DNA of 36,076 nucleotides from Folioceros fuciformis (Eukaryota). The position numbers and the translations under genes were made by a program. Below the pieces are notes generated by a model. It was not told where the DNA came from. It did no database searches and saw only the letters and a program-made list of their open reading frames with translations. Location of the stretch: contig JBNGIO010006246.1 in the NCBI GenBank assembly GCA_049999805.1, forward strand, positions 46,736-82,811, given 5' to 3'. This document shows, one piece after another, positions 11,701 through 23,909 of this stretch (within the stretch, counting starts at the first letter, position 1; every line of letters starts with the position of its first letter).

Positions 11701-12036
11701 GTGGCAATTTGAGCTGTGCGACTTGCGGGAGAACCGCATCCCACCGACCATTGTTGATGTCAGCAACAAACGTCTCAAGACTGTCCACAGTATTCAGAGA
11801 TACTTGACACTCATTCTGCAAAGTCTGAAAAGTCTGGTGCAAAGAATTTTCCTTGAAAAACTGCAGCATAATCTTCACCACACTGCATTCGCCATGGGAC
11901 AGGCCACAGATTCGCGTTATGAGAGCTGTGATCTGCCAGTTTGTGCATCAGAACCTGCAATGCTGAATGAGCTCCTCGGCCACCTAGAATTACACGATTG
12001 AGCTTACTCTCGGGCCTCGATTTCCAGCGTGGACAT
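8744..12036 (-). CDS. SMU1: SMU1, LisH-CTLH-WD40 spliceosomal protein (513 aa, 16 exons)
   Basis: Exons 12036-12008, 11882-11672, 11517-11365, 11192-11144, 11002-10919, 10790-10687, 10562-10476, 10339-10286, 10187-10092, 10002-9875, 9746-9620, 9544-9485, 9403-9296, 9180-9080, 8997-8946, 8842-8744. All are GT-AG and total 1542 nt in frame. The protein reads [18 protein letters not shown]...[22 protein letters not shown]...[22 protein letters not shown]. Confidence 0.97.
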
Positions 12037-12397
12037 GGCCACTGCCTTGGCGACGTGAGAGTGACTGCCCAACTGTGGGAGAACTCACGCCTTAGGATCC
12101 TGATTCCTGCGCTCCACTTCGCCTCGCACGATTCTCGATTTTTTCACTCCGCTCCAAAAACCCTTGAAGTTCAAACCCTACCGTAAACCAGAGACCCATA
12201 AGCGTTTAAACCCTTCCCGTCATGGAATGAACTCGGAACGGTGAACGGTCATATTTCCGGGACTGCTTTGTTGCAGTTTGGAGAAGTTCAATCTAGCACA
12301 AGCACCGGCAAATTTCGGCAGCAGCAATCTTCGTCTCCCTCGTCCTGTCGGCCATGTTTTGGATTCGTCAAGGAGGATTTCTGGCAGAAATGAACTG
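12037..12397. promoter_or_regulatory. Probable bidirectional promoter for SMU1/SLX1 containing a telo-box
   Basis: 361 bp separate the divergent ATGs. AAACCCTA at 12173-12180 is flanked by two AAACCCT variants. Confidence 0.65.
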
Positions 12398-13706
12398 ATG
12401 GAGGAGCCGGAGCGGGCCGGTGTGCCGGTGGAGGAGGAGGAAAGCCAGACTGGATTCTTCGCATGCTATCTGCTTTGTTCTGAGAATCCTCGCAGCAAGG
12501 GTCGAACGTACATCGGGTATGCTGGGAGCTGGAGGGAATTGTAAGTCGCTTACCTGCTTGACCGTAATTCTGACAGCAGGTGTTTGATGTGAAGCAGATT
12601 CACAGTAAATCCGCGCAGGCGCCTGAGGCAGCACAACGGTCAAGTCAAACAGGGAGCGTGGCTGACAAAGAAGAACCGGCCCTGGGACATGATTCTTTGC
12701 GTGCACGGTTTCCACACTCAGGTGGATGCATTACAGGTGAGTAGAGTGTGCCAAATTTTATCATGTTGTAGTCGGGGGTGCCTGAGCACGCTCTCCATGT
12801 TCATCCACCACTCTGTTCTGTTGCGTACTGGTGCACAGTTTGAATGGGCATGGCAGCATCCCCTCAAGTCTCTCGCGGTGAGGGAGGCAGCTGCCAAGAT
12901 ACAGATGAGGGGAATCCGTGGCAAGGTCCTTCTGCTTTTCACCATGCTCACATGTCGGAAATGGGAGAGGTAGGCAATGTTGCAGGCTTCCTTCTCGTTT
13001 TGGTGCTTGCACAAGTTTGTGCTGAAGGCTGAGCAAGCTCCATGTGCCTTGGCACACGTGCAGGATGCACCTGAATGTGCAGTTCTTCTCCACCAAGTAC
13101 GCGTACCTCCGAAACGGTTGCCCTCCTCTCGCACGCCAGATGCGAGTGTCTGTTGCCCCCATGGATGATCTCCCCTGTTACAGCAGTGCAGCACCGGAGT
13201 CAGATGAAATGGAGCTCTCAGCAGAAGAGGAGGATGCAACCAAGGAGCCAATCTCGGCTCCGGAGTCACCGCTAACACCGACAGCCCACGCAGCAGAGCC
13301 CCAGGGCATGTCCTCCCCGGAGATGATGCCGTCAGAGGAATCGAATTTGCCCTGCGGTACAAGGACTCCTCAATGCAGCAGTCAATGGTTGAGCAGACGT
13401 AGCTCTGCTCCAGATCCGCCACCAGCAACAGACCCCGAAAGCTTGCCCGTCCAAAAGCTGCCTCTCCAGGAATCGAACTGGATGGCTCCCACCGGCAAGA
13501 TCCATTGCAATGACAAATGGCAGCCCAAGCAACGGAGGAAAGTGCGTAAGGAGCCAGCATCGTTCTGCCCTCCGAGTTCTTCTGAGGTGATTGTCATTGA
13601 TGCTTCCCCTTTGCCAGCCCGCAGTGACAGGGAGGTAATTTGCATCGAGGCCTCTCCCCTTCCCGTGTGTAGGGAAGTAATAGTCATCGAGGACTCCCCT
13701 TGGTAG
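12398..13706 (+). CDS. SLX1: SLX1-family GIY-YIG structure-specific endonuclease (343 aa, 4 exons)
   Basis: Exons 12398-12516, 12598-12736, 12839-12969, 13064-13706 (1032 nt). Motifs FFACYLL..TYIGFTVNPRRRLRQHNG..GAWLT..RPW..ALQFEWAWQHP. Disordered acidic/Pro-rich tail; no RING recognised. Confidence 0.93.
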
Positions 13707-14581
13707 CGTGCCTGGTGGGCTCTGACAAACCTGTGTGTCAGGAAGAGGGGAGTGGCATTTGTGTGGCCTCCTACGCGGAGCATGAGTTCCTCCGGCTGGG
13801 CAGGTGACTATTCTCAGTTGCTGCTGCTACAATTCTTGGGAGAAGACGCCTAAACCTCCAGTAGCCCCCCAAGGCACTGCGCAACCGCACCAGACAGCGT
13901 CTAACAGTAAACTTAGACATCCTCTCGAACATTATTCATCACAAATGCAGATAACCGTGGTGCTCCTGGTGGAACTCTGACAACGCCTTCGTCCCCTGTC
14001 TTCGTAATCCAACAACCGCCAGAATGCTAAAACGACTTGTCTTGCGAGTCCTGGGCGTCCTGATAGCTGAGTACGAAACATCCAAAGCATTAGGTTAGCG
14101 AAAATGCTCTACGACAAGTCGGGCGTGGCTTCGAAATTGAACGGGATTTAATCACCAATTTTTTAACTAAGTAGTATTAGTATCATGATTTTCTTTCAAA
14201 GAATGACATGGTCTACCTTGGCACACTCCCGATTTTTTTAATGTTCATACAATATTTTATTATCTTTAAAGATTATTTAAAATGTTTGAAGACTGCGCTA
14301 AAAATTAGCATCTTAAGCATTCAAACTTTCTGAAAGATACGGTTTAGTATTTTTAAATGCAAAAACTCATAGTTCGTGTCAACTTCTTCAAAAGAAAGGT
14401 TGAGTACATACATAATTCTATTCAAGCATGTAGACTTCATTCCTTTAAGAATCTCATCTACACTAAAATAAGAGTGGGTAACCTAAGGCCCACCACACAA
14501 AATCTAAACTAGTCACAATTCTCTCACTATGAGCCTACAATCAACTTTCTTACAGAAGAAATTAGGTTTTTTTTAACACAA

Positions 14582-14681
14582 NNNNNNNNNNNNNNNNNNN
14601 NNNNNNNNNNNNNNNNNNNNNNNNNNNNNNNNNNNNNNNNNNNNNNNNNNNNNNNNNNNNNNNNNNNNNNNNNNNNNNNNN
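14582..14681. other. Assembly gap (100 N)
   Basis: Run of N. Confidence 0.99.
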
Positions 14682-15082
14682 GTCCATATCACCTCTCCCA
14701 CCAAAAGCTTGAGTGAGAAGGAAACATGCAAGCTTCCTTCTTCAAGCTTTGTTACTTGAAAGGTCCTCAAACCCATCAAAGAAGAATCTTGAAGCCTAAG
14801 TTTTTTGGAAGTCCAAGGCCATGATATCTCTTGCTCACTAAAACATTTAAAAGGTCCTCAAAGTTCCTTCAAGTCCATATACCTCTCCTACCAAAAGCTT
14901 GAGTGAGAAAAAGCATGCATGGCCCTTAGGCATGCTTCCTCTTCTAGGAAGCTTTGTTATTTGAAAGGTCCTCAAACCCATACTAAAGACAAGGAAGAAA
15001 AATTTTGAAACTCAAGTTTCCTTGGAAGCCTGAGCATATGATATCTCTTGCTCACTGAAACACTTGAAAGTTCCTTAAACCT
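14682..15082. repeat. ~190-205 bp tandem repeat, two visible units abutting the gap
   Basis: GTCCATAT..CCTCTCC.ACCAAAAGCTTGAGTGAGAA at 14682 and 14873. TTGAAAGGTCCTCAAACCCAT and GATATCTCTTGCTCACT are shared by both units. Confidence 0.85.
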
Positions 15083-15967
15083 CTGCGCACACCTAAACCA
15101 TAGGAAGTATACCAAGCTCGGACACCGACAGACCTACAGAGGAGAAGAAAGCTACTTCGTGCAAGAGCGATCACCGACGAACTGCCATGTCTTTTGTTCC
15201 CCTCTCTATGGGTAGAGAAGAAATATTAAGTTACAAATGAGAAGTTACAGTTGAAGATCGTGCAAACCGAAGGCCCAGCTGGACTAAGCTTGGGGTAGTT
15301 GGCACGATCAGGGACGAGTTGGAAATGTGCTACGTAGGGGACACTGCTTTCTCCAATCAGGAGGCGCAGATGAAAGCATCGGGGTTGAGGGATAATGTGG
15401 TTCGAACTGAGAGCCGTCTAACAAGACCCAAGCATCCTCGTGCAGGTCACACCTAATCACGCACAAATTCTTGCCAACTGAATCATCAGACTTGACTGAA
15501 CCTTCGACCGTGGCTTGTTGGGGGAAGGAGTTTGTCCAGTCGTGAGCCGGAGCGAGGCTGGCAAGCACTCACACAGGGAAATCTGAGCAAGAGAGGAAAA
15601 AACCAGATCAGGTCGAAGCAAGTAGGTGGGGAACAACCGCTCATCGACATGAAGAGAATAGGCATAACCGTGCGAATCAATGTGATGACATGCTTGGCGG
15701 AATGCAGTGAAGGGGGTGTTGGATTGTCTTATAAAAAAAAAGCAAGGAGCAAGAAGGAGGAGTTGGGAAATTCGTGAAGACAGATGTATGTATGTAGGCT
15801 TGAGGGGGCTTTACAATTGATCTTGGGCTCGGGCTCAGGCTTGGGCTTGCCTTGCCCTGCCTTGCCTTGCCTGCCCTTCCATGTTGCCGGCCTTGTATTG
15901 CCTTGCCTTGCCTCCATCTCGACTCTGGCTAACACTCTTGCGTTGTTGGGAGGATGTTGAGGACAGA

Positions 15968-17239
15968 TCATGCATGAAGCACCTGCGAGCTGGATGGGTT
16001 GAAATCCGCAAAGAGCTTGGGGGCGTGGATGACTTCCCAGTCCACCTCGAAGACGCTTCCTCGGCTGCTGCCAGCATGGGCGGCATCCAGCAGCGTGCGC
16101 TTGACATGACCCACCAGGACATGGAGGCTGAAGGCCACGACGAAAAGCTTGCCGTTCATGGAGTTGACAGAAAAGGGGCGGCTCATGGGTGGAGGCAGAG
16201 GCGGACCCAAAACATTCTTCCAGGAATCACTCTCTTCCTCGTACACCTTGAGCTTGAAATGCTCCTCGTGGTCCGTGATAATGTAGAGATGGCCGTCCAG
16301 TACGACGCTGAGGCCGGTCCAGCCTTCTCGCATTCCCATCGTCATCCCCTCCCACCGGTTGAGCTTGGGATCGTAGACCTGGCCCCGGGGCGGCGAGAGG
16401 AAGGGCCAGGACCAGCCCTCCGTGAGATGCAGCTTCCCCTTGAGCACCGTGGCATCGAAGCGCGCCATGTTGGCCCCCATGTTGGCCACGGGCCGCCACT
16501 CGTCCTCCACGGGATCGTAGACTTCGGCCGAGCTGAGGCTGCAGTCGGTGCTGTTCCCGCCTGCCGCGTACACCCGCCCCTCGATCGTCCCGCTGGCGAA
16601 GAAGGATCGGGGAGTGGACATGGAGGAAACGCAGCTCCACCGGTTCCGGCAGAGCTCGTATTTCAGCACGCGGTCCATGGGGCAATCCATGTCGGACCGC
16701 ATTCCCCCGCACACCAGGAGCACGCCCTGCTCCGGGACCGAGGCGCATCCGAAGCCGGCCGGGCAAACCCTCTCCGTGCACGGCATGGCCGGTATCACAT
16801 GCCAGGATTGCATGCGCGGGTCCAGGGCCTGCCATTGAATCCTCCCCGTGCTCTTGTGGAAGGCGAAGACGAGCAGCCACTGCTCCGCCAGGCCTTGCGC
16901 CCGCCGTGCTAGGAAGTACTCCGACCGGGACAGAGTCCAATTCCACGACCGGCAAACTTCCCTGGCCGCTGCTCGGCATCCCAGCGGCACCCGCAGCAGG
17001 CAGCAGAGGGCCAGGTCGTCCGGCAGCCCTGGTATCAGCGGCTCCGAGAAGCATCCAGCATCGGGAGGAGCCTGACCAGCGGCAGGGGCATCGGCAGCGG
17101 CGTCGGCATCGGCAGCGGCAGGAGGATGTTGCTCCTTTGCTGCTGCTGTCATGGAGGCAGGCCTGTCTTCCGTGGCCGAAGGAGCGCTCAGGACAAGGCT
17201 GAGGAGGGAAAGAGAGGAGGACGATGGGAAAGGGAACAT
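15968..17239 (-). CDS. F-box/kelch-repeat protein, At1g30090-like, intronless CDS (start at 17239 or 17152)
   Basis: F-box EPLIPGLPDDLALCCLLRVP; kelch repeats VCGGMRSDMDCP, MSTPRSFFASG..VYAAGG..SAEVYDP, TEGWSWPFLSPPRGQVYDP..MREGWTG; C-terminus DFNPSSSQVLHA. Confidence 0.93.
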   Translation of the reverse strand: MFPFPSSSSLSLLSLVLSAPSATEDRPASMTAAAKEQHPPAAADADAAADAPAAGQAPPDAGCFSEPLIPGLPDDLALCCLLRVPLGCRAAAREVCRSWNWTLSRSEYFLARRAQGLAEQWLLVFAFHKSTGRIQWQALDPRMQSWHVIPAMPCTERVCPAGFGCASVPEQGVLLVCGGMRSDMDCPMDRVLKYELCRNRWSCVSSMSTPRSFFASGTIEGRVYAAGGNSTDCSLSSAEVYDPVEDEWRPVANMGANMARFDATVLKGKLHLTEGWSWPFLSPPRGQVYDPKLNRWEGMTMGMREGWTGLSVVLDGHLYIITDHEEHFKLKVYEEESDSWKNVLGPPLPPPMSRPFSVNSMNGKLFVVAFSLHVLVGHVKRTLLDAAHAGSSRGSVFEVDWEVIHAPKLFADFNPSSSQVLHA

Positions 17240-17804
17240 CTACAGCCTGCAATCCCTGCACAGCAAGACAAGCCACATTCTCATTCTCCGTCTGTGTGCT
17301 CCAGATGATGCTGCTGCTGGTACTGCTGGGTTCAGCTCAGAGACGGAAGAGGCACACGCTGGGAGCATGCCAGGGTCGGCATCCGGCCCTGCCCAAACAC
17401 CCCAGACAGAGGAAGACGGAATGAGGAGGAAGAACCCAAAAAAACAGGAAGAAGACGCAGAGAGCAGGAAGCAGAGGTGGAGAAGTAAAAGGTGGCCAAC
17501 GGACTGACACGGAGATCGTATGTGGCAACGGAAGAGGGGACCGAGCCTGGATATAGCTCTGCCCTTGGCTTTGCTTGCCTTCCCTCCTAGTAGACAAATC
17601 GCTCTTGTCTGCACTCCTGATGGACCTTCCCGGCCTGTGCCTACGGTGGTAGCAGGAGCGGGCCTCTCTCTTGGAGCAAGGAGTCGTCTGCACACTCTCT
17701 GGAGAAAGAAAGCGTGTCCGTCATCTCGTTTTCTGGATGTGCGTGTAACAGAGAGAGCATGGGGAAACCGAAGATGGCGGGGTGAAGGTGGGGCAGTGAG
17801 AGCT

Positions 17805-17904
17805 NNNNNNNNNNNNNNNNNNNNNNNNNNNNNNNNNNNNNNNNNNNNNNNNNNNNNNNNNNNNNNNNNNNNNNNNNNNNNNNNNNNNNNNNNNNNNNNN
17901 NNNN
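17805..17904. other. Assembly gap (100 N)
   Basis: Run of N. Confidence 0.99.
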
Positions 17905-18764
17905 GTGTAGTTCCATCCAGCCTTCATCACCCCGATGTTGCTTGCTTTGTTTTGTCGGCGCCTACTCTGTTGCCAGGATGTATCCATGTTATCTACCGCA
18001 TGTGTCACAGTTGGGGACCGCCATAGCCCTTATTGGGCCGTGCCTGCCTTGCTTCGAGCCACAAATCCTCCAACAGCCCCAACTGTTTAGGGCCCCACCC
18101 CAAGTTGCGTTTGCCTTGAGATGGCAGCCTCGTCCAGCTCAGACCATGCAAGCACCCATTCACGTTCTTGGGATTCACCGGGTCCCATAGCCCATACGCC
18201 ATGGGCCATGGCTGGGCATCAGGTCCTCATCATCAGCCAAGGAGGAAGTGGCGGGCATGCTCCTCGCATGTCCATAGGCGTGTGTGTATGCACAAACTTG
18301 TGTACAAAGACATGGTGTCGTAGTTCCCTGACCTGCACCTGCATTTGCGAGGTACCCGTGTGAGGGAGAGAGAGACTTGTACTCCACACTTTGACTTCGA
18401 TTACCCAGGCAGGGCAGCAAGCAGAGCTACTGCGTCAGGGGAAGGAAGGGCAAAGCGCAGCTTGTCGATGATGAGGGAAGGTGTCGTAGTGTGTACACTG
18501 CTACCACCTACTTCCTGCTGCTGGTTGTGTGCTGCACAATCAGTGCAACCACAAGACGCAGTGTCAATCATCGTCAAGCATAATCCAAAGAGTGTTGCAA
18601 CAGCAACAACACAGGAGAGGAGAGCGGAGCGGAGCAGGGCAAACAGCACACCCAACAAAACAGCACAAGCAGGCGGTTAATCCCAATCATGCCCAGCAGC
18701 AGGTACTGATTCCCACCCCAATTGGGCACGTGAACTTCAATCTATGTACATACCTTGGGATTGA

Positions 18765-19040
<276 letters not shown>

Positions 19041-19936
19041 TGACGGAACCGTGTGTAGCCCACCACCCCACCACGTGCTACACCACACGCAGTTCCATGG
19101 CCGCAGCATCCCATGTTAGTGTGGGTGGGCGGGAGTACATCCATGCGTGGGAGGGAGGGACAATAAAAGAAGTCGTATTGTACAAGAGCAGAATTGTCAG
19201 CACTCGATCTGGGTAGGAGTCACCAGCCGGCAGGTGGCGTTGGGATATGGGCAGTCGCGGCAAGCGAGGCGAGGATCCGGATGGCGACGTCGAGGGCCTG
19301 CAAGCCACCGAGTGACCCATGCCCGGGCCCCAGGCAAATTCCCGTACCAAGCCTTACTAGGGAGTCGGGAACCAGCAGTCTGGGTAGAATCAGAGCGCGT
19401 GCCCGGATGTCAGCCAAGAGAGGAGTCTAGTCTAGTCTGCATCTAGCTGCTGACACGCAGCGAGGACTCCGCATGCATCGCCCACTTCCGCATTCATGCG
19501 CCCGAGGCAGCTGCACCTTCATGAATGCAGTGCAGGGTGGCCGTACCTGGAGCCTGCTGCCCGAGGTGCAGGTGCAGGGGCCGGCCTGCATCTCGCATGC
19601 TTCAAATCCGCCAATTCAAGGCTAATCATTCTGTTGTCTGCTTCTCTTCTCTTTTGCTTCACACAGATCATGTACGAACACATGCATCAAAGTCAGCTTC
19701 CGCAACAACATGGCCACTTCCGTCGGCTCACACACATGATACCAGCCAGCGGCAGCGGCAGGATCCAGATTTCCAGATTTCTTCTAACCAGTCAAGGACT
19801 CTCCCACTTGCCTCTCCGATCGACATCTTGGATATGCGACAGTGGATTGGGATACATAATATGGGCCACCTGGTGGCAAAGAATGGGAAGGGATAACCAA
19901 GTACCAGAGCGAGAGTCTACAGTAGCTGTTACAACA

Positions 19937-22118
19937 TCAGGACCTGTCAAAGGTGACACCAGCCTTCTGTGCATCCAAGGAGATTCTCGCTGCATCCAGC
20001 ATGTTGCCTGAACCCTTGAATGCGTTGTACAGCAGCTTGTAGGTGATGGCATCTGGCTTGCATTTCGACTCCTGCATCCTCGCGTACGTCTGCTCGGCCT
20101 GATGGAATACATCACCCCACTAAGATGCACGTACACCGACCGACACGGCCCAGTGCAGAGTATTCTGGACGTGACCAGAGACACTGGACACACAACGCAC
20201 ACCCAAGCAACAAGTGGGGGGAGGCACTGCACTGGGTTCAGGGTACGCACCGTGGTTCGTCGGCCAGCTTTGATGTACATGCCGATGAGGGTGTTGAAGG
20301 TGGAGGCAGTAGGCTTGTGACCTGAGGCTTCCATCAGTCTGCATATTCGTTCCGCCTCCACCGTGTTCTTCTGGTTGGCATAGGCATGCATGAGGGAGTT
20401 GTATATTGCTGGTTGCGCCTTGCACCCACTGTTCACCATTGAGCTGCATCCAATACACAACGCCAGCAGCAGCAGCAGCGGAGTCAAGACTAGTCTGACA
20501 CCCATGCAGCAGCAGCAGGATCTCTGGCCGTTCTGCACATGCATCCAAAAAATCGGAAGAGGGACCGGACCGAACCGAAATATCTTCTCTGCATTCGCAA
20601 GCTGTCCGGATTGACAGTACCCGTTGATGACCACGGCATAGGCTATAGAATCGGGCTCTGTACCTCCGTTTCTCATCTCCACTAAGATGTACTCAGAAAT
20701 TTCTGTTTGTCCACAACGGGCATAAGCTTCCATGAGTGACGTGTAAGTAATCGCGGAGGCTTCACAACCTGCAGGAGGGAGACGACGTGAGTGAGATGAA
20801 CCTGGCGAGTATCAACCAAAGCGAACACGAGCAGTTCTTACCACCAGACCTTGCAAGTCCAGGAGGGTACATACCGGTCTCCTGCATTTTCTCAAACACC
20901 TTGCGAGCTTTATCTGGTGCACCAGCTTTGCTGTAAGCATTGATTAACGCATTGAAAGTTACCATGGTTGGCTCCACTCCATCCTTTTCCATTTGTCCCA
21001 GAATGCCATCACACTGTTCATGTCTCCCTGCTTTGACATAGGCATTCACCAGAATTGAGTAAGGGATGTCATCTGTTATCGCCCCAGCTTGTAAACCCTT
21101 CCTACAATGGTTATTCACAGATCGGTCAGTTCCGCAAAAACCCATCTGTCAACCCTATGCACATAAACTCCCAGACCAGCAGGGGGAAACAATCGAGCTC
21201 CCTACCTCAGAACGCTCTCTGCCCCCTCCCAAAGGCCTTGGTACACATAGCCGTGCATCAGGGATGTATATGTGATAGTATCAGGTAGCAAGCCTTGCTT
21301 CAGCATGAAGTCAAAGACAGCTTCGGCATCTTCCAACATGCCTTCTCTTCCAAAAAGAGTGATGGTTTCCGTGCACAACCTCACATCTGGCTTGCACCTG
21401 CACGCTCTCAGCAACTTGTTTCATAAGTCTACACCATCGGACAGAAAATAACCAAGCCACCCTGATGTAGATAATCCAGGTGGACATCAACTCCCTAATC
21501 TCAAGCTTGCAACACTGTTCAATATTCTAACCCTCGTCGTTACCTGCTCATCATGAGCTGCCTCCACACCTCCTTCATCCTGTCGAAATTTTTTAGCTTG
21601 CCATATCCACGAAGAAGGGCAGTGTAGGAGATGACATCAGGTTCATGCCCTCCTTCCTGCAACTCCTCGAAGATCCGCAACGCATCACCCATTCGGCCTT
21701 CACTGCCATCACGTCAAGCCCACCCAGCTTAACTCCTCAAGCAGGCAACCCAACCACCATTATATCATATTTCCAGACATATACCTGGCAAGTTTATGCA
21801 ATGCTATGTTGTACTCTTTCAAGTCCTTCCGAGCATAGGAAAGGGCCAATTCTGCGGACGGCTTACAATCCGTCACTCTCACCGCTGCCCAAAGTCGCAC
21901 ACCCTACACCCATCACATAAACACAGCACACTCTCACCAGTTTTGCTGATAGATGCAGCCACCAAGTGGCCAGCAGGTTCCAAAAGGGGCGACGGCGATT
22001 TCTTCGAAACTACCGGGCATGACCTTCTACTGCTCTGCTGAAGGCCATTGCGGCAGGCGGCTCTCACAGTATCTGTGAGCAAAGCCCCTTGGGCTACTAA
22101 GCAGGCTGCCAGTGCCAT
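19937..22118 (-). CDS. P-class pentatricopeptide repeat protein (~468 aa, 8 exons), probably organelle-targeted
   Basis: Exons 22118-21938, 21884-21785, 21702-21544, 21397-21206, 21101-20875, 20768-20576, 20443-20251, 20098-19937 (1407 nt, phases consistent; intron 1 least certain). Tandem 35-aa motifs such as PDVISYTALLRGYGK, PDTITYTSLMHGYV, PTMVTFNALINAYSKAG, PDSIAYAVVINGYCQSG. Ala/Ser/Arg-rich N-terminus. Confidence 0.88.
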
Positions 22119-22410
22119 ACCCGACGCTGGGCTAGAGAACGAAGTGAAGAGCAGTATCTCAGTCCATTCTAGGTGCGTCACCAAAACCCCATCTGAGGGG
22201 AACTGTATTTGCGGCTCGTTCAAATCTCAGCACGGAAGTATACTGTACCCACAATCTGTTCCGGACTAAGGTGGGCCTCGGCTTCTTCAAATGTCAAGCA
22301 AATCAGTGGACACAGGCGGAGGGGCAGTTTGGTCACGAGCTAGGGGGCCTTTTTTTATCCGCACGGTTTTGCCTTTTCTGCGAGCTTTGAAGGTCCAAGC
22401 GGGGGAAGAG
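22119..22410. promoter_or_regulatory. Probable bidirectional promoter for PPR/RRP4
   Basis: 292 bp separate the divergent ATGs. A site-II-like TGGGCC lies at ~22272. Confidence 0.55.
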
Positions 22411-23880
22411 ATGAGAGGGGCTGTATTGTCCCACCTGAGCGAGGGGCATCGGAGCCGCCTCTCACGAGCTCAGGAAGGGTTGAAGGATGCCAGGGGCAAC
22501 TTTCCGTCTTCGGCGTTCGTTAATGTCGGGGATACAATTCCTGTGGACCACGAGGCTGGCTTTCTGAGGTACCCTGCCGCACCTGCAGCACGGGTGGGTG
22601 AGAAGTTGGCTTCATAACACCCGGTCAGGTATGGACTGATGCCTCTGCAGGGGCCATGGAACACAGCTGGTAAATGGACAGCTCCTGGCCACGGTTTGTG
22701 GAGTTGTGGAACGAGTGAACAAGCTTGTCTCTGTGCAGCCTTTGAGATCCAGGTGAGGGAAAGGCTGTGGGAATTGCAGTCATGTGTCTGTGTTTCTTCT
22801 GGGGAAGAGCTCATGCCAGCTCGGCCATCCTGTTGTCTGTAGGTATAATCCGGAGACCGGGGATGTCGTGATTGGTCGAATTACGGAGGTTAGAGACTTG
22901 CTGTAGACTGGGTTCTGCATCATTTGCGAAGCAAGCTGAGTATGGGTAGTGTTTCCATCGTCCTCGCATGAAGAAGAGTTCTGCTCGTGCAGGTTGCACC
23001 CAAGAGATGGAAGGTGGATGTTAACTCAAGGCAAGATGCTCAACTGATGTTGTCCTCTGTTAACCTACCAGGCGGCGTTCAGGTACTATCAAGCCTTGGA
23101 TGTTTAGAGAGAGTCTGGGCTGAGCTTGGTTCGTGGATGTTCTAACAGTGAGTGTCTCTTTCTTGCAGAGGCGGCGGACAACTGTGGATGAACTGAATAT
23201 GAGATCTCTGTTTGAAGAGAAGGACCTTATCAGTGTAAGCAATTCCGTGAACATCCTGCCTCCTAAGTTTCACAGTAAACGGTGAAGCTGATCCCGTGGT
23301 CTCCCAGGCTGAAGTGCAGAGCATACACCAGGATGGGTCACTTCACTTACATACTCGAAGTCTGAAATACGGCAAGGTCTGTCAGACTTCGCTCTGAGTG
23401 TTGTTCCGCTACTATGTCTGAAGGCAGCATGGTGATAGCTTACTTCGGTGGTGTGATCTGCAGCTTCAAAATGGCCAACTGGTCAGTGCAGCGCCTTATC
23501 TCATCAAGCGCTTGAGGCAACACTTTCACCAGTTGAAGCAGTACGGGTTGGAGATGATCATCGGTTGCAACGGGAATATTTGGATCTCAGCTCCTTCCGA
23601 GACCGCAACACCTGAGGTTTCCAAGAGGGATGGTGCAGGTCCGACAGAGGAGAAGCAAGCAATCAAGTCTGTATCACTCGAACTTCGCAAAACGATTTGC
23701 AGATTTGCGAATGCTGTGCGTGTGCTTAGCACCTTGGGGCTGTACATACATCCGGATTCCATAATTGATACCTACGAATCCAGTTTGCTATGGAACGTTG
23801 AGATCAACGACATGATGGCTCCCGACTTTCTCCTCAGTATAGTTGAAAAGGAGTTGCAGCGTAGAGTTCAGAAATTGTAA
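22411..23880 (+). CDS. RRP4: Exosome cap subunit RRP4/EXOSC2 (315 aa, 7 exons)
   Basis: Exons 22411-22568, 22651-22752, 22843-22888, 22993-23082, 23169-23234, 23308-23376, 23464-23880 (948 nt). Motifs FLRGHGT, VCGVVERVNKL, GDVVIGRITEV, RRRTTVDELNMR, LHTRSLKYGKL, IIGCNGNIWI. Confidence 0.95.
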
Positions 23881-23909
23881 GACCCCGAAACTCCCAATTG
23901 TGCCACCAT

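Noticed and set aside
15308-15777. Short ORFs downstream of the F-box gene
   Set aside because: No homology recognised; likely 3' or intergenic sequence.
15881-17276. 343-aa (+) and 349-aa (-) ORFs overlapping the F-box gene
   Set aside because: Shadow or alternative frames of a GC-rich CDS.
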